Below, one piece after another: positions 1 through 12,576 of a stretch of DNA of 64,000 nucleotides. The stretch lies in NCBI RefSeq assembly GCF_965641715.1, contig NZ_OZ282453.1, one strand, 5' to 3'. The translations under genes were made by a program, and so were the position numbers. Within the stretch, counting starts at the first letter, position 1. Each line of letters starts with the position of its first letter. Below the pieces are notes generated by a model. That model was not told where the DNA came from, did no database searches, and saw only the letters and a list, made by a program, of their open reading frames with translations. This stretch comes from Escherichia coli. Lineage in GTDB: Bacteria; Pseudomonadota; Gammaproteobacteria; Enterobacterales; Enterobacteriaceae.

Positions 1-680
1 AAATTATTAACGATTTTACCGCTGTATCGATGGCGATCCCGATGCTGAAAAAAGAGCATCTGATTCAGTTTGGTGGCGCAGAACCGGTAGAAGGTAAGCC
101 TATTGCGGTTTACGGTGCCGGAACGGGGCTTGGGGTTGCGCATCTGGTCCATGTCGATAAGCGTTGGGTAAGCTTGCCGGGCGAAGGCGGTCACGTTGAT
201 TTTGCGCCGAATAGTGAAGAAGAGGCCATTATCCTCGAAATATTGCGTGCGGAAATTGGCCATGTTTCGGCGGAACGCGTGCTTTCTGGCCCTGGGCTGG
301 TGAATTTGTATCGCGCAATTGTGAAAGCTGACAACCGCCTGCCAGAAAATCTCAAGCCAAAAGATATTACCGAACGCGCGCTGGCTGACAGCTGCACCGA
401 TTGCCGCCGTGCGTTGTCGCTGTTTTGCGTCATTATGGGCCGTTTTGGCGGCAATCTGGCGCTCAATCTCGGGACATTTGGCGGCGTATTTATTGCGGGC
501 GGTATCGTGCCGCGCTTCCTTGAGTTCTTCAAAGCCTCTGGTTTTCGTGCCGCATTTGAAGATAAAGGGCGCTTTAAAGAATATGTCCATGATATTCCGG
601 TGTATCTCATCGTCCATGACAATCCGGGTCTTCTCGGTTCCGGTGCACATTTACGCCAGACCTTAGGGCACATTCTGTAA
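1..680 (+). CDS. glk: Glucokinase, C-terminal ~216 codons (5' end outside window)
   Basis: ORF 30..680 translation matches the ROK/glucokinase C-terminus as remembered for E. coli Glk; reading frame is open to the window start. Confidence 0.9.
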   Translation, partial: IINDFTAVSMAIPMLKKEHLIQFGGAEPVEGKPIAVYGAGTGLGVAHLVHVDKRWVSLPGEGGHVDFAPNSEEEAIILEILRAEIGHVSAERVLSGPGLVNLYRAIVKADNRLPENLKPKDITERALADSCTDCRRALSLFCVIMGRFGGNLALNLGTFGGVFIAGGIVPRFLEFFKASGFRAAFEDKGRFKEYVHDIPVYLIVHDNPGLLGSGAHLRQTLGHIL

Positions 681-898
681 ATCCTTCCTGTTATATCGGG
701 AGGTAACTCTCCCGATAATCTTTTAAATCATACAGTTAATTCAATTTTTCTTTGTGTCCCCTCACAAGGCCGACCTGCGTCACACTTCCGTACAGCGGGA
801 TTAATTCTCCAGTAAATGCATTATTTGTCTGGTAACGGCGATTTGTTTTGCACGTTCATAATTTCACTCGTCAACTATCACTGAACGAGGAATTAACG

Positions 899-1225
899 AT
901 GAGTAAGAAACTGATTGCCTTATGTGCCTGCCCGATGGGCCTGGCTCACACCTTTATGGCCGCTCAGGCGCTGGAAGAAGCAGCGGTAGAAGCCGGTTAT
1001 GAAGTGAAAATTGAAACCCAGGGCGCGGACGGTATCCAGAATCGCCTGACGGCGCAGGATATCGCCGAAGCGACCATCATCATCCACTCCGTGGCAGTTA
1101 CCCCGGAAGATAACGAACGTTTCGAATCACGCGACGTTTATGAAATCACTTTGCAGGACGCAATTAAAAACGCTGCGGGCATCATCAAAGAAATCGAAGA
1201 GATGATTGCCTCTGAACAACAGTAA
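899..1225 (+). CDS. fryB: PTS fructose-like IIB component
   Basis: Internal Met (MSKKLIALCACPMG...) of ORF 848..1225 gives ~108 aa with the IIB active-site Cys motif; synteny with fryC. Confidence 0.85.
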   Translation: MSKKLIALCACPMGLAHTFMAAQALEEAAVEAGYEVKIETQGADGIQNRLTAQDIAEATIIIHSVAVTPEDNERFESRDVYEITLQDAIKNAAGIIKEIEEMIASEQQ

Positions 1226-1246
1226 TATTCGACAGGGATAATTGTT

Positions 1247-2494
1247 ATGGCCATTAAAAAACGCAGTGCAACCGTTGTGCCTGGCGCATCCGGTGCGGCA
1301 GCGGCAGTTAAGAATCCGCAGGCCTCTAAAAGCAGCTTCTGGGGTGAACTCCCGCAGCATGTGATGTCAGGGATTTCACGCATGGTGCCGACCTTAATTA
1401 TGGGCGGTGTGATCCTCGCTTTCAGCCAGCTGATTGCTTATAGCTGGCTTAAAATTCCTGCTGAGATCGGCATCATGGATGCTCTTAATAGCGGGAAATT
1501 CTCCGGTTTCGACCTCTCCTTACTGAAATTTGCCTGGTTGTCGCAGTCCTTCGGCGGCGTGTTGTTTGGTTTTGCCATTCCGATGTTTGCTGCTTTTGTG
1601 GCGAACTCTATCGGTGGCAAACTGGCGTTTCCGGCTGGTTTTATCGGCGGCTTGATGTCTACCCAGCCGACGCAACTGCTGAACTTCGATCCCAGCACTA
1701 TGCAATGGGCGACCTCTTCGCCGGTGCCGTCCACCTTCATTGGTGCGCTGATTATTTCTATCGTTGCCGGTTACCTTGTGAAATGGATGAACCAGAAAAT
1801 CCAGTTACCGGATTTCCTGTTAGCGTTCAAAACCACATTTTTGCTACCGATTCTTTCCGCCATTTTTGTCATGCTGGCGATGTACTACGTCATCACCCCA
1901 TTTGGGGGCTGGATCAACGGCGGTATCCGTACTGTGCTGACTGCCGCAGGTGAGAAGGGCGCGCTGATGTACGCAATGGGGATCGCCGCGGCGACAGCAA
2001 TCGACCTTGGTGGCCCGATCAACAAAGCCGCAGGTTTCGTTGCCTTCAGCTTTACCACTGACCACGTATTACCGGTCACCGCTCGTTCTATCGCTATTGT
2101 TATTCCGCCGATTGGTCTGGGTCTGGCGACCATTATCGACCGCCGTTTAACCGGCAAACGTCTGTTCAGTGCTCAGCTTTATCCGCAGGGTAAAACCGCG
2201 ATGTTCCTGGCGTTTATGGGGATTAGTGAGGGTGCGATTCCGTTTGCACTGGAAAGCCCCATCACCGCCATTCCGTCCTATATGGTTGGCGCGATTGTCG
2301 GCTCAACCGCAGCTGTCTGGCTGGGCGCAGTGCAATGGTTCCCGGAGTCCGCTATCTGGGCATGGCCGCTGGTCACTAACCTGGGCGTCTATATGGCGGG
2401 GATCGCGCTGGGGGCAGTCATTACTGCGCTGATGGTGGTGTTCCTGCGTCTGATGATGTTCCGTAAAGGCAAATTGTTAATCGATAGCCTGTAA
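1247..2494 (+). CDS. fryC: PTS fructose-like IIC permease
   Basis: 415 aa polytopic membrane protein; K-12 synteny fryB-fryC-ypdF. Confidence 0.85.
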   Translation: MAIKKRSATVVPGASGAAAAVKNPQASKSSFWGELPQHVMSGISRMVPTLIMGGVILAFSQLIAYSWLKIPAEIGIMDALNSGKFSGFDLSLLKFAWLSQSFGGVLFGFAIPMFAAFVANSIGGKLAFPAGFIGGLMSTQPTQLLNFDPSTMQWATSSPVPSTFIGALIISIVAGYLVKWMNQKIQLPDFLLAFKTTFLLPILSAIFVMLAMYYVITPFGGWINGGIRTVLTAAGEKGALMYAMGIAAATAIDLGGPINKAAGFVAFSFTTDHVLPVTARSIAIVIPPIGLGLATIIDRRLTGKRLFSAQLYPQGKTAMFLAFMGISEGAIPFALESPITAIPSYMVGAIVGSTAAVWLGAVQWFPESAIWAWPLVTNLGVYMAGIALGAVITALMVVFLRLMMFRKGKLLIDSL

Positions 2495-2508
2495 GAAGGA
2501 AAATCCAG

Positions 2509-3594
2509 ATGACATTACTCGCTTCGCTGCGTGACTGGCTTAAGGCGCAACAACTGGATGCGGTGCTTCTCTCCTCACGGCAGAACAAACAGCCGCATCT
2601 GGGGATCTCCACCGGATCAGGCTATGTGCTGATTAGCCGTGAAAGTGCGCACATTCTGGTGGACTCGCGCTATTACGCGGATGTAGAAGCCCGCACGCAA
2701 GGTTACCAGCTGCATTTGCTTGACGCGACGCACACGCTTACAACCATCGCCAGGCAAATCATTGCCGATGAGCAGTTGCAAACGCTCGGTTTTGAAGGCC
2801 AGCAGGTGAGTTGGGAAACCGCGCACCGCTGGCAGTCTGAACTCAATGCGAAACTGGTAAGCGCCACGCCGGATGTGCTGCGGCAAATCAAAACGCCAGA
2901 GGAGGTGGAGAAAATCCGTCTTGCCTGTGGGATTGCCGATCGCGGTGCAGAGCATATTCGCCGCTTTATTCAGGCGGGGATGAGCGAGCGCGAGATAGCC
3001 GCTGAACTGGAGTGGTTTATGCGCCAGCAGGGCGCAGAAAAAACCTCTTTTGACACCATTGTCGCCAGTGGCTGGCGTGGGGCGCTGCCGCACGGCAAAG
3101 CCAGCGACAAGATTGTTGCAGCGGGAGAGTTTGTCACTCTCGATTTCGGTGCGCTGTATCAGGGCTACTGCTCTGATATGACGCGCACCTTGCTGGTGAA
3201 TGGCGAAGGGGTGAGCGCCGAATCTCATCCGCTGTTTAACGTCTATCAGATTGTTTTGCAGGCACAGCTCGCAGCAATCTCTGCAATTCGCCCCGGCGTG
3301 CGCTGCCAGCAGGTTGACGACGCCGCGCGTCGGGTGATTACCGAGGCAGGATTTGGCGACTATTTTGGTCACAACACCGGTCATGCTATCGGCATTGAAG
3401 TTCATGAAGATCCGCGTTTTTCACCGCGGGACACCACGACGCTACAGCCAGGCATGTTACTGACCGTGGAGCCGGGGATTTATTTGCCAGGGCAAGGGGG
3501 CGTGCGCATCGAGGATGTTGTGCTGGTCACCCCGCAAGGCGCAGAAGTGCTCTACGCCATGCCGAAAACAGTGTTGCTCACGGGAGAGGCATAA
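2509..3594 (+). CDS. ypdF: Xaa-Pro aminopeptidase (M24 family)
   Basis: 361 aa with a metal-binding HxxGHxxGxxxHE-type motif region; K-12 synteny. Confidence 0.85.
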   Translation: MTLLASLRDWLKAQQLDAVLLSSRQNKQPHLGISTGSGYVLISRESAHILVDSRYYADVEARTQGYQLHLLDATHTLTTIARQIIADEQLQTLGFEGQQVSWETAHRWQSELNAKLVSATPDVLRQIKTPEEVEKIRLACGIADRGAEHIRRFIQAGMSEREIAAELEWFMRQQGAEKTSFDTIVASGWRGALPHGKASDKIVAAGEFVTLDFGALYQGYCSDMTRTLLVNGEGVSAESHPLFNVYQIVLQAQLAAISAIRPGVRCQQVDDAARRVITEAGFGDYFGHNTGHAIGIEVHEDPRFSPRDTTTLQPGMLLTVEPGIYLPGQGGVRIEDVVLVTPQGAEVLYAMPKTVLLTGEA

Positions 3595-4631
3595 TGGATT
3601 TATCGCTATTGAAAGCGTTGAGCGAGGCAGATGCGATCGCCTCCTCGGAACAGGAAGTGCGGCAGATCCTGCTGGAAGAAGCGGATCGCCTGCAAAAAGA
3701 AGTGCGATTTGATGGGCTGGGATCGGTGCTGATCCGCCTGAATGAATCGACAGGTCCGAAGGTGATGATCTGTGCGCATATGGACGAAGTGGGATTTATG
3801 GTGCGCAGCATCTCCCGCGAAGGGGCGATTGATGTGCTGCCGGTTGGCAATGTACGCATGGCTGCCCGCCAGCTGCAGCCGGTGCGCATCACCACCCGTG
3901 AAGAGTGCAAAATTCCAGGCCTGCTTGACGGCGACCGGCAGGGGAATGACGTCAGCGCCATGCGCGTGGATATTGGCGCGCGCTCGTATGACGAAGTGAT
4001 GCAGGCGGGAATTCGTCCAGGCGATCGCGTCACGTTCGATACCACTTTTCAGGTTCTCCCCCACCAGCGAGTGATGGGGAAAGCCTTTGATGACCGCCTC
4101 GGTTGCTATCTGCTGGTGACGTTACTACGTGAGCTGCACGACGCCGAACTGCCTGCGGAAGTGTGGCTGGTGGCCAGTTCCAGCGAAGAGGTGGGATTAC
4201 GCGGCGGGCAAACTGCCACCCGCGCGGTGTCGCCGGACGTCGCCATTGTCCTTGATACCGCCTGCTGGGCGAAAAACTTTGATTATGGCGCGGCTAACCA
4301 TCGCCAGATTGGTAACGGCCCGATGCTGGTGTTAAGCGACAAGTCACTGATTGCGCCGCCAAAACTCACCGCCTGGATCGAAACCGTGGCGGCAGAAATT
4401 GGCGTGCCGTTACAGGCGGATATGTTCAGTAACGGCGGCACTGACGGTGGAGCGGTGCACTTAACCGGTACCGGCGTACCCACAGTGGTGATGGGGCCTG
4501 CCACCCGCCACGGACATTGCGCCGCGTCGATTGCCGATTGCCGCGACATTTTGCAGATGGAGCAACTTTTATCTGCCCTTATTCAACGTCTTACGCGTGA
4601 GACGGTTGTTCAACTGACGGATTTCAGATGA
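3594..4631 (+). CDS. ypdE: M42-family aminopeptidase
   Basis: 345 aa; start overlaps the ypdF stop; K-12 synteny. Confidence 0.85.
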   Translation: MDLSLLKALSEADAIASSEQEVRQILLEEADRLQKEVRFDGLGSVLIRLNESTGPKVMICAHMDEVGFMVRSISREGAIDVLPVGNVRMAARQLQPVRITTREECKIPGLLDGDRQGNDVSAMRVDIGARSYDEVMQAGIRPGDRVTFDTTFQVLPHQRVMGKAFDDRLGCYLLVTLLRELHDAELPAEVWLVASSSEEVGLRGGQTATRAVSPDVAIVLDTACWAKNFDYGAANHRQIGNGPMLVLSDKSLIAPPKLTAWIETVAAEIGVPLQADMFSNGGTDGGAVHLTGTGVPTVVMGPATRHGHCAASIADCRDILQMEQLLSALIQRLTRETVVQLTDFR

Positions 4632-4655
4632 TCTCCTGATTAACCCGGAGCGGTT

Positions 4656-7151
4656 ATGTTAACGATTCAATTTCTCTGTCCTTTGCCTAACGGTCTACAT
4701 GCTCGTCCGGCGTGGGAACTTAAAGAACAGTGCAGCCAGTGGCAAAGCGAAATCACTTTTATTAACCATCGCCAGAACGCAAAGGCCGATGCCAAAAGCT
4801 CGCTGGCGCTGATTGGCACCGGCACCCTATTTAATGACAGTTGCAGCCTGAACATTAGCGGCAGCGATGAAGAGCAGGCGCGGCGCGTGCTGGAAGAGTA
4901 CATCCAGGTGCGCTTTATCGACAGCGACAGCGTTCAGCCTACGCAGGCAGAACTGACGGCGCATCCGCTGCCGCGTTCATTAAGCCGCCTTAACCCGGAT
5001 TTACTATACGGCAATGTGCTGGCAAGCGGCGTCGGCGTGGGTACGCTGACCCTGTTACAAAGCGACAGCCTCGACAGTTATCGGGCAATCCCCGCCAGTG
5101 CGCAAGATTCCACCCGGCTGGAGCACAGCCTGGCAACGCTTGCCGAGCAACTGAACCAGCAATTGCGTGAGCGTGACGGCGAAAGCAAAACTATCCTCAG
5201 CGCCCATTTGTCGCTGATTCAGGATGATGAATTTGCAGGCAATATCAGTCGCCTGATGACAGAACAGCATCAGGGGCTGGGGGCGGCGATCATCAGCAAT
5301 ATGGAGCAGGTTTGCGCCAAACTTTCTGCTTCTACCAGCGATTATCTGCGCGAACGTGTTAGCGACATTCGCGATATTAGCGAACAGTTGCTGCATATTA
5401 CCTGGCCGGAACTGAAGCCGCGCAACAATCTGGTGCTGGAAAAACCGACTATTCTGGTGGCCGAGGATTTAACCCCAAGCCAGTTTTTAAGCCTGGAGTT
5501 AAAAAATCTTGCGGGCATGATTCTGGAGAAAACCGGGCGCACCTCGCATACCCTGATTCTGGCCCGCGCCTCGGCGATCCCGGTACTGAGCGGCCTGCCG
5601 CTGGATGCGATTGCCCGTTATGCCGGGCAACCTGCAGTGCTTGACGCCCAGTGCGGCGTGCTGGCGATTAACCCGAATGACGCGGTTAGCGGTTATTATC
5701 AGGTCGCGCAGACGCTGGCGGATAAACGCCAAAAACAACAGGCGCAGGCTGCCGCGCAGCTGGCTTATTCCCGTGATAACAAGCGTATTGATATCGCGGC
5801 GAATATTGGCACCGCTCTGGAAGCGCCTGGCGCGTTTGCCAACGGCGCGGAAGGCGTCGGGCTGTTCCGTACCGAAATGCTCTATATGGATCGCGACAGC
5901 GCGCCGGACGAGCAGGAGCAATTTGAAGCCTACCAGCAGGTGCTACTGGCAGCGGGCGACAAGCCGATTATCTTCCGCACAATGGACATCGGAGGCGATA
6001 AAAGCATTCCTTATCTGAATATTCCCCAGGAAGAGAACCCGTTCCTCGGCTATCGCGCGGTACGTATTTACCCGGAATTTGCTGGCCTGTTCCGCACTCA
6101 ACTGCGGGCCATTTTGCGCGCCGCCAGTTTCGGCAACGCCCAGTTGATGATCCCGATGGTTCACAGCCTCGATCAGATCTTATGGGTGAAGGGCGAGATC
6201 CAAAAAGCGATCGTTGAGCTTAAGCGCGATGGCCTGCGTCATGCAGAGACGATTACGCTGGGTATCATGGTGGAAGTGCCGTCGGTGTGCTACATCATCG
6301 ATCACTTCTGCGATGAGGTCGATTTCTTCAGTATCGGCTCCAACGATATGACCCAGTATCTGTATGCGGTCGATCGTAATAACCCGCGCGTATCGCCGCT
6401 ATATAACCCGATTACGCCATCGTTCCTGCGCATGTTGCAGCAAATAGTTACCACTGCGCATCAGCGGGGCAAATGGGTAGGCATTTGCGGTGAACTGGGC
6501 GGTGAAAGTCGTTATCTGCCGCTACTGCTTGGGCTGGGACTGGACGAGTTAAGCATGAGTAGTCCGCGCATTCCGGCGGTGAAAAGCCAGCTTCGTCAAC
6601 TGGATAGCGAGGCGTGTCGGGAACTGGCGCGTCAGGCATGTGAATGCCGCAGCGCGCAGGAAATTGAAGCGTTACTCACCGCCTTTACGCCGGAAGAAGA
6701 CGTTCGCCCATTACTGGCGCTGGAGAATATCTTTGTTGATCAGTCCTTTAGCAATAAAGAGCAGGCGATCCAGTTCCTGTGCGGTAACCTCGGCGTTAAC
6801 GGGCGCACTGAACATCCGTTCGAGCTGGAAGAGGATGTCTGGCAGCGGGAAGAGATTGTCACCACTGGCGTTGGTTTTGGCGTGGCGATCCCGCACACCA
6901 AATCTCAGTGGATCCGTCATTCCAGTATCAGCATTGCCCGGCTGGCGAAACCGGTTGACTGGCAGTCAGAAATGGGCGAAGTCGAACTGGTGATCATGCT
7001 GACGCTGGGTGCTAACGAAGGGATGAATCATGTGAAAGTCTTCTCGCAGCTGGCGCGTAAACTGGTGAATAAAAACTTCCGCCAGTCGTTGTTTGCCGCG
7101 CAAGATGCACAAAGTATCCTGACGCTGCTGGAAACAGAATTAACCTTCTGA
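4656..7151 (+). CDS. fryA: PTS multiphosphoryl transfer protein (HPr-EI-IIA fusion)
   Basis: 831 aa with HPr-like N-terminus, PEP-utilising enzyme I core and IIA-like C-terminus; K-12 synteny. Confidence 0.9.
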   Translation: MLTIQFLCPLPNGLHARPAWELKEQCSQWQSEITFINHRQNAKADAKSSLALIGTGTLFNDSCSLNISGSDEEQARRVLEEYIQVRFIDSDSVQPTQAELTAHPLPRSLSRLNPDLLYGNVLASGVGVGTLTLLQSDSLDSYRAIPASAQDSTRLEHSLATLAEQLNQQLRERDGESKTILSAHLSLIQDDEFAGNISRLMTEQHQGLGAAIISNMEQVCAKLSASTSDYLRERVSDIRDISEQLLHITWPELKPRNNLVLEKPTILVAEDLTPSQFLSLELKNLAGMILEKTGRTSHTLILARASAIPVLSGLPLDAIARYAGQPAVLDAQCGVLAINPNDAVSGYYQVAQTLADKRQKQQAQAAAQLAYSRDNKRIDIAANIGTALEAPGAFANGAEGVGLFRTEMLYMDRDSAPDEQEQFEAYQQVLLAAGDKPIIFRTMDIGGDKSIPYLNIPQEENPFLGYRAVRIYPEFAGLFRTQLRAILRAASFGNAQLMIPMVHSLDQILWVKGEIQKAIVELKRDGLRHAETITLGIMVEVPSVCYIIDHFCDEVDFFSIGSNDMTQYLYAVDRNNPRVSPLYNPITPSFLRMLQQIVTTAHQRGKWVGICGELGGESRYLPLLLGLGLDELSMSSPRIPAVKSQLRQLDSEACRELARQACECRSAQEIEALLTAFTPEEDVRPLLALENIFVDQSFSNKEQAIQFLCGNLGVNGRTEHPFELEEDVWQREEIVTTGVGFGVAIPHTKSQWIRHSSISIARLAKPVDWQSEMGEVELVIMLTLGANEGMNHVKVFSQLARKLVNKNFRQSLFAAQDAQSILTLLETELTF

Positions 7152-7153
7152 CG

Positions 7154-8011
7154 TTAGCCCTGAAAACGGGCGCTGTACTCTCCCGGCGTCAGACCAAACT
7201 GACGCCGGAAAACGCGACAAAAATAGTCGCTATCCGGAAAACCGCAACGCTGTGCCACTTCATGAATTGACAGATGATATTTCTGCAAAATCATCCTCGC
7301 CTTCGCCATTCGCACCCAACGCACATACTCGATAAAACGCATCGTTCCATGCTGAGCAAACAGTTTTGACAGATGATTGGGCGTGATATTAAAAAACTGC
7401 GCCACGCTCTCGCGGGTGAGCGGCTGGGCATAATTATCCTGAACCCAGTTACAAATGCTGTGATAGAGAAAATCGCCGCGCGGCTGCGAATTGCCCGGCG
7501 GCATATTCACCACGTTACGGCAAAGATGCAGCAAACTTAACACCAGCGGCTGAATGATATTTTGCTCCAGCGGCGAACGGCTAAGATGGGTGAGGGCGGT
7601 AAGCATCGCTTCACCTTCACCGCGTTGCAGGCTGGGAAGCTGGATCTGGCGAGCAGGATGCAACAACGACGTGGTGCGGCTATCGTAAAACGATAACCCA
7701 AGCCAGGTCGGAGCGAACACCAGGCTTAACAGCATCACCGGTTTGTTGTTGACCGGTAAATTAGCCGCGCGCGCCGGAATAAACAGCATTTCTCCTTCCA
7801 CCAAACGTTGCTGCTTTGCTTCCAGCAGATTGCCGTATTCGCCGCGCAGCACGATATCCAGACGGGGAAAATCAATACATAAACTGCCCACCGGCAACGA
7901 GGCAGGCTGGCTGGCAAACCAGACGCGCCCCAGTAGTTGCGGGTTAAGCACCAGGCCGCTGAACAGATCGGCGAAAAATTGTTGATCGGCGGGCAAGCCT
8001 GGTGCTTTCAT
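7154..8011 (-). CDS. ypdC: AraC-family transcriptional regulator
   Basis: 285 aa, C-terminal AraC-type HTH; K-12 synteny. Confidence 0.85.
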   Translation of the reverse strand: MKAPGLPADQQFFADLFSGLVLNPQLLGRVWFASQPASLPVGSLCIDFPRLDIVLRGEYGNLLEAKQQRLVEGEMLFIPARAANLPVNNKPVMLLSLVFAPTWLGLSFYDSRTTSLLHPARQIQLPSLQRGEGEAMLTALTHLSRSPLEQNIIQPLVLSLLHLCRNVVNMPPGNSQPRGDFLYHSICNWVQDNYAQPLTRESVAQFFNITPNHLSKLFAQHGTMRFIEYVRWVRMAKARMILQKYHLSIHEVAQRCGFPDSDYFCRVFRRQFGLTPGEYSARFQG

Positions 8012-8023
8012 GAAAGTTCCCGA

Positions 8024-8758
8024 TTAAAGATGCATTAACTGGCGAAATTCTTTAACTTTGCTGCGGCTGACCGGCACTTCAAAATCCAGATCTTTCAGCC
8101 GCAGAATGTAGGTGTTATTAAACCACGGTTCGATCTCGCGGATTTTGTTCAGATTGACACAAAATGAGCGATGGCAGCGGAAAAAATGCGACGGCGGCAG
8201 TTTGCTGCAAAATTCGGTAATGTTCATCGGCATTACATAGGATTCACGCCGCGTATAAACAAAGGTCATTTTCTCGTGCGCTTCGGCGTAATAGATATCG
8301 TTAATGGGGGTGACGATTATTCGCTCATCTTTCACCAGATTAATGGTGTCATTCTCACGCGTTACCGTCGCGGCAGGCGTACTGCTGGTCTGCTGTTGCT
8401 GCCAGGCCGCTTCCAGTTTTTGCAGCATCCCGGTAATGCGTGACTCCTGATACGGTTTGAGAATGTAGTCAAACGCCTCAAGTTCAAACGCTTCTACCGC
8501 ATGTTCTTTCCACGCGGTGATAAACACAATAAACGGTTTATGGGCGAACTGGCTGATGTTTTGTGCCAGCAACACACCATCCAGCGACGGAATATTGATA
8601 TCCAGAAAAATGGCGTCGACGCGGTTATGCTGCAAAAACTTCAACACGTCCAGACCGTCGTCAAAGGTGCCGACAATCTCCATCTGGCTGTGCTCTTTAA
8701 TTAGCCAGCTCAGTTCCTGTTGTGCCAGGAATTCGTCTTCAACAATGATGACTTTCAC
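8024..8758 (-). CDS. ypdB: LytTR-type response regulator
   Basis: Receiver domain plus LytTR DNA-binding domain; the track ORF extends to 8776, but the K-12-like start (MKVIIVEDE) corresponds to a GTG at 8758. Confidence 0.85.
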   Translation of the reverse strand: MKVIIVEDEFLAQQELSWLIKEHSQMEIVGTFDDGLDVLKFLQHNRVDAIFLDINIPSLDGVLLAQNISQFAHKPFIVFITAWKEHAVEAFELEAFDYILKPYQESRITGMLQKLEAAWQQQQTSSTPAATVTRENDTINLVKDERIIVTPINDIYYAEAHEKMTFVYTRRESYVMPMNITEFCSKLPPSHFFRCHRSFCVNLNKIREIEPWFNNTYILRLKDLDFEVPVSRSKVKEFRQLMHL

Positions 8759-8772
8759 AATATCACTCCAGC

Positions 8773-10470
8773 TCAAAGCAATAACGTAGCCTGTGAGGCG
8801 ACTGGGGTGCGTTGGTTAGGAATGTAAAACGCAATTTCCGTTCCTGGTTCCAGGCGGCGGATATGCAGCCCCTCGCCATACAATAACTTCACGCGATGAT
8901 GGACATTCAGCAGGCCAATTTTATTGCCCGGCATTTCATTCGCTTCGACCCGCTCAATCACCTTTGGATCGATGCCGTGCCCGGTATCCCGCACCGCAAT
9001 GCGTACCCGATTGCCGCACTCTGCAACGCTGATGGTGACAACGCCTTTACCTTTGCAAGGCTGGATACCGTGGACAATGGCATTCTCCACCAACGGCTGG
9101 ATCAGCAGGCTGGGAATGCAGCAATTCACCTCTTCATCAATATCATAGATAACCGTCAGCTTGTCGCCAAAGCGGGCCTGCTCAATGGCAATATAGTCTT
9201 TAATTTGATACAGCTCTTTTTTGATATCGATTTGCTCATCGTCTTTTAATTCAATGTTATAGCGCAGATAACGCGACAGATTAAAGATCAGCTGGCGAGC
9301 GGTATCCGGATTCAGACGGATCGACGATGAAATAGCGTTCAGAGCGTTAAACAGAAAATGGGGATTAATTTTGCTTTGCAGGGCGCGAAGCTCTGCCTTA
9401 TTTGCCATTTCACGTAGCTGCTCGGCGCGTGAAACCTCCAGTTGCGTGGAGATGATTTGCGACAGACCAACCGCCATTTCCTGTAATGACGAGGTTATCT
9501 GATGCGCGTGGCAGTAGTAAATTTTCAGCGTTCCGGTCACAACGCCTTTCTCCCACAATGGGATCACCAGCATGGAATGAATCTCTGGTGTGCGGTGGGC
9601 TTCATCATTGTTTTTAATGATGATTTTTCCGTAATTCATCGCCTGACGGGTAGTCGGGCTAATGAAGTCATCGCCGTTCTGATAGTTATGTTCACCCACG
9701 CCAACATAGGCCAGCACATGATCGGTATTAGTAATCGCCACCGCATCGGCGTGAATGTCATCGCGAATAATTTCACAAACTTTGCGTAATGACTCGCTAT
9801 TGACATGGCGAAACAGCGGCAGCGTTTTGTTGGCGATATCCAGCGCCAACTTGGCCTGCCGCGCGGCGCTGGCCTCTTTTTCGCCCTCAACGCTTTGCAC
9901 CAGAAGCACAATAAAGCCGATACAGACGCTGCCGAGGATCATTGGAATCCCGATTTTAGAGACGATATCGATCCCCAACGCGGTAGTTGGTGCCCAGACA
10001 ATCACCAGAATCATGGTCAACGTTTCACACAACATGCCGCCGAGAATACCGACGCGCCAGCGCTGTGCTTTGGGGATTTTCAGGTTGATCCAGCCCGATA
10101 TACAACCCGCCAGAATGCTGGTGATAAAGCAGGGGATCGCCGTCACGCCGCCGATATCAATTAAATAACGATGAATACCCGCAATCACGCCGGTAATGAT
10201 GCCCACCCACGGGCCAAACAGAATCCCGCCGGACATCACCGCGATAATACGTACGTTCACCAGCGAGCCTTCTACGGGAACGCCGGACCAGGTGCTGAAC
10301 AGAGCGAACAGCGAGAAAATGGCGGTAACGGCGAGCAACTCTCTCGGTGAGTGTGCCGACTTGTGCAACAGTTCGCGAAACAGGCGGATACGGATGAGAA
10401 AGAACAGGCAGATAAGCATTAACGCTGCCCGATCGAAGACCGCCAGCAGCATGTTGAATATTTCGTGCAC
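8773..10470 (-). CDS. ypdA: LytS-type sensor histidine kinase
   Basis: 565 aa, multi-TM N-terminus, GAF-like segment and His-kinase ATPase C-terminus; overlaps the ypdB start. Confidence 0.9.
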   Translation of the reverse strand: MHEIFNMLLAVFDRAALMLICLFFLIRIRLFRELLHKSAHSPRELLAVTAIFSLFALFSTWSGVPVEGSLVNVRIIAVMSGGILFGPWVGIITGVIAGIHRYLIDIGGVTAIPCFITSILAGCISGWINLKIPKAQRWRVGILGGMLCETLTMILVIVWAPTTALGIDIVSKIGIPMILGSVCIGFIVLLVQSVEGEKEASAARQAKLALDIANKTLPLFRHVNSESLRKVCEIIRDDIHADAVAITNTDHVLAYVGVGEHNYQNGDDFISPTTRQAMNYGKIIIKNNDEAHRTPEIHSMLVIPLWEKGVVTGTLKIYYCHAHQITSSLQEMAVGLSQIISTQLEVSRAEQLREMANKAELRALQSKINPHFLFNALNAISSSIRLNPDTARQLIFNLSRYLRYNIELKDDEQIDIKKELYQIKDYIAIEQARFGDKLTVIYDIDEEVNCCIPSLLIQPLVENAIVHGIQPCKGKGVVTISVAECGNRVRIAVRDTGHGIDPKVIERVEANEMPGNKIGLLNVHHRVKLLYGEGLHIRRLEPGTEIAFYIPNQRTPVASQATLLL

Positions 10471-10846
10471 GGGTGACTCTGAATAAGGATTAAACCTCTA
10501 TGATAGGTAACCTGAAGGCTGATGACCAGCAGGCCGTTTTTGAGGAAAAACCACAATTTTAAAAGGGGATTGATAGATAAATGGTGTATTAGCAATGCAT
10601 CTCTTGATAATGCACTTCTGGTTAGTAAATTTATTGAAATTATTATGTTAATAAAATGAGTGGTAATTTTCTTGTTAGCGCAGATAATTTTCCTGTTTTT
10701 AAAGCAGAGTTCCTCATTTAACGTCATTAATAAAAATGTTCTAAAACGCTGGACAGACAGAAATTAATCAGGCTATTTTCAAAACAGCCACCATCGTGGC
10801 AGCGTCGCTCGGACGGTCCGGGCGCTAACGTTAATCTGAGGAAATT

Positions 10847-12085
10847 ATGGCTGACACTCGCCCTGAACGTCGCTTTACGCGCATTGATCGTCTCCCGCCC
10901 TATGTTTTTAACATTACCGCTGAACTGAAAATGGCTGCGCGTCGGCGCGGCGAAGATATTATCGATTTCAGTATGGGTAACCCGGACGGTGCGACTCCGC
11001 CGCATATCGTCGAAAAATTATGTACTGTGGCCCAGCGCCCGGACACGCATGGTTACTCCACTTCACGCGGCATTCCGCGGCTACGTCGCGCCATTTCCCG
11101 TTGGTATCAGGATCGCTACGACGTTGAAATCGACCCGGAATCAGAAGCCATCGTCACTATTGGTTCGAAAGAGGGCCTGGCGCATCTGATGCTGGCGACA
11201 CTGGATCACGGTGACACAGTGCTGGTGCCGAATCCAAGTTACCCCATTCATATTTACGGCGCGGTGATTGCCGGGGCTCAGGTACGCTCAGTGCCGCTGG
11301 TGGAAGGTGTCGATTTCTTCAACGAACTGGAGCGCGCCATTCGTGAAAGTTATCCGAAACCGAAGATGATGATCCTCGGCTTCCCGTCGAACCCAACCGC
11401 GCAATGCGTGGAACTGGAGTTCTTCGAAAAGGTTGTGGCGCTGGCGAAACGCTACGATGTGCTGGTGGTCCACGACCTGGCCTATGCGGACATCGTCTAC
11501 GATGGCTGGAAAGCGCCGTCAATCATGCAGGTGCCAGGTGCACGCGATGTGGCGGTCGAGTTCTTTACGCTGTCGAAAAGCTACAACATGGCGGGCTGGC
11601 GTATCGGCTTTATGGTTGGCAACAAAACGCTGGTCAGTGCGCTGGCACGTATTAAAAGCTATCACGATTACGGCACCTTTACGCCGTTGCAGGTGGCGGC
11701 GATTGCGGCGCTGGAGGGCGATCAACAGTGTGTGCGCGACATTGCCGAACAGTACAAACGCCGCCGTGATGTATTGGTTAAAGGGCTGCATGAAGCGGGC
11801 TGGATGGTCGAAATGCCGAAGGCTTCGATGTATGTCTGGGCGAAAATACCGGAACCGTATGCTGCCATGGGCTCGCTGGAATTTGCCAAGAAATTGCTTA
11901 ACGAAGCGAAGGTCTGTGTCTCTCCGGGGATTGGCTTTGGCGACTATGGTGATACGCATGTGCGCTTTGCACTGATTGAAAACCGCGACCGTATTCGTCA
12001 GGCGATTCGTGGGATTAAAGCGTTGTTCCGTGCCGACGGTTTACTACCCGCCAGCAGCAAACATATTCACGAAAACGCGGAATAA
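10847..12085 (+). CDS. alaC: Glutamate-pyruvate aminotransferase (PLP-dependent, class I)
   Basis: 412 aa with the aminotransferase PLP-lysine motif ([12 protein letters not shown]); K-12 synteny (yfdZ). Confidence 0.9.
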   Translation: MADTRPERRFTRIDRLPPYVFNITAELKMAARRRGEDIIDFSMGNPDGATPPHIVEKLCTVAQRPDTHGYSTSRGIPRLRRAISRWYQDRYDVEIDPESEAIVTIGSKEGLAHLMLATLDHGDTVLVPNPSYPIHIYGAVIAGAQVRSVPLVEGVDFFNELERAIRESYPKPKMMILGFPSNPTAQCVELEFFEKVVALAKRYDVLVVHDLAYADIVYDGWKAPSIMQVPGARDVAVEFFTLSKSYNMAGWRIGFMVGNKTLVSALARIKSYHDYGTFTPLQVAAIAALEGDQQCVRDIAEQYKRRRDVLVKGLHEAGWMVEMPKASMYVWAKIPEPYAAMGSLEFAKKLLNEAKVCVSPGIGFGDYGDTHVRFALIENRDRIRQAIRGIKALFRADGLLPASSKHIHENAE

Positions 12086-12104
12086 ACACCGACCTCAGAA
12101 ATGC

Positions 12105-12132
12105 AAACAGGAGCCTGATGGCTCCTGTTTTT
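12105..12132. terminator. Bidirectional intrinsic terminator between alaC and lpxP
   Basis: aaacaggagcc-tgat-ggctcctgttt hairpin with flanking T/A runs, between convergent genes. Confidence 0.6.
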
Positions 12133-12576
12133 CATTGCACAGTTTGCTTTTAGATCATCAGGGCAAAAGTACCGGCCCAAACGATGACCATAAAAGAAAT
12201 GCCCATAAAGAAATATTTCACTTTACATCTCTCCGCGTAATTGCTGTTACGCCTGAATGACTTCATTACACCTGATACAGTGAGTTGACACCGGGCAAAA
12301 CGACCTTAAAAGTCCTGTATTTTACCGTGGGCATCACCCCAGAATTCTGAGCTAAACTGCTCGAGACGGCGCTAATGTACGCCTAAAACTGAAACGAGAC
12401 AAGAGGCATTTTCTTATTTACTTTTAGTAACTTACAGGTGTCTCATATCGGCGACAGTTTAATTTCTGACGGTAATAATTAGAGATTCAGCGAAGGAAAA
12501 AACCTTAAGAAAAAAGCCATAAAAACCATGAGGTTATTATGGCTTATGTGAGGAGGTAAAGAGTCAGAGCAGTTTG

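Noticed and set aside
8896..10168. Several 74-137-aa plus-strand ORFs
   Set aside because: Antisense to ypdA, which is a full-length conserved sensor kinase.
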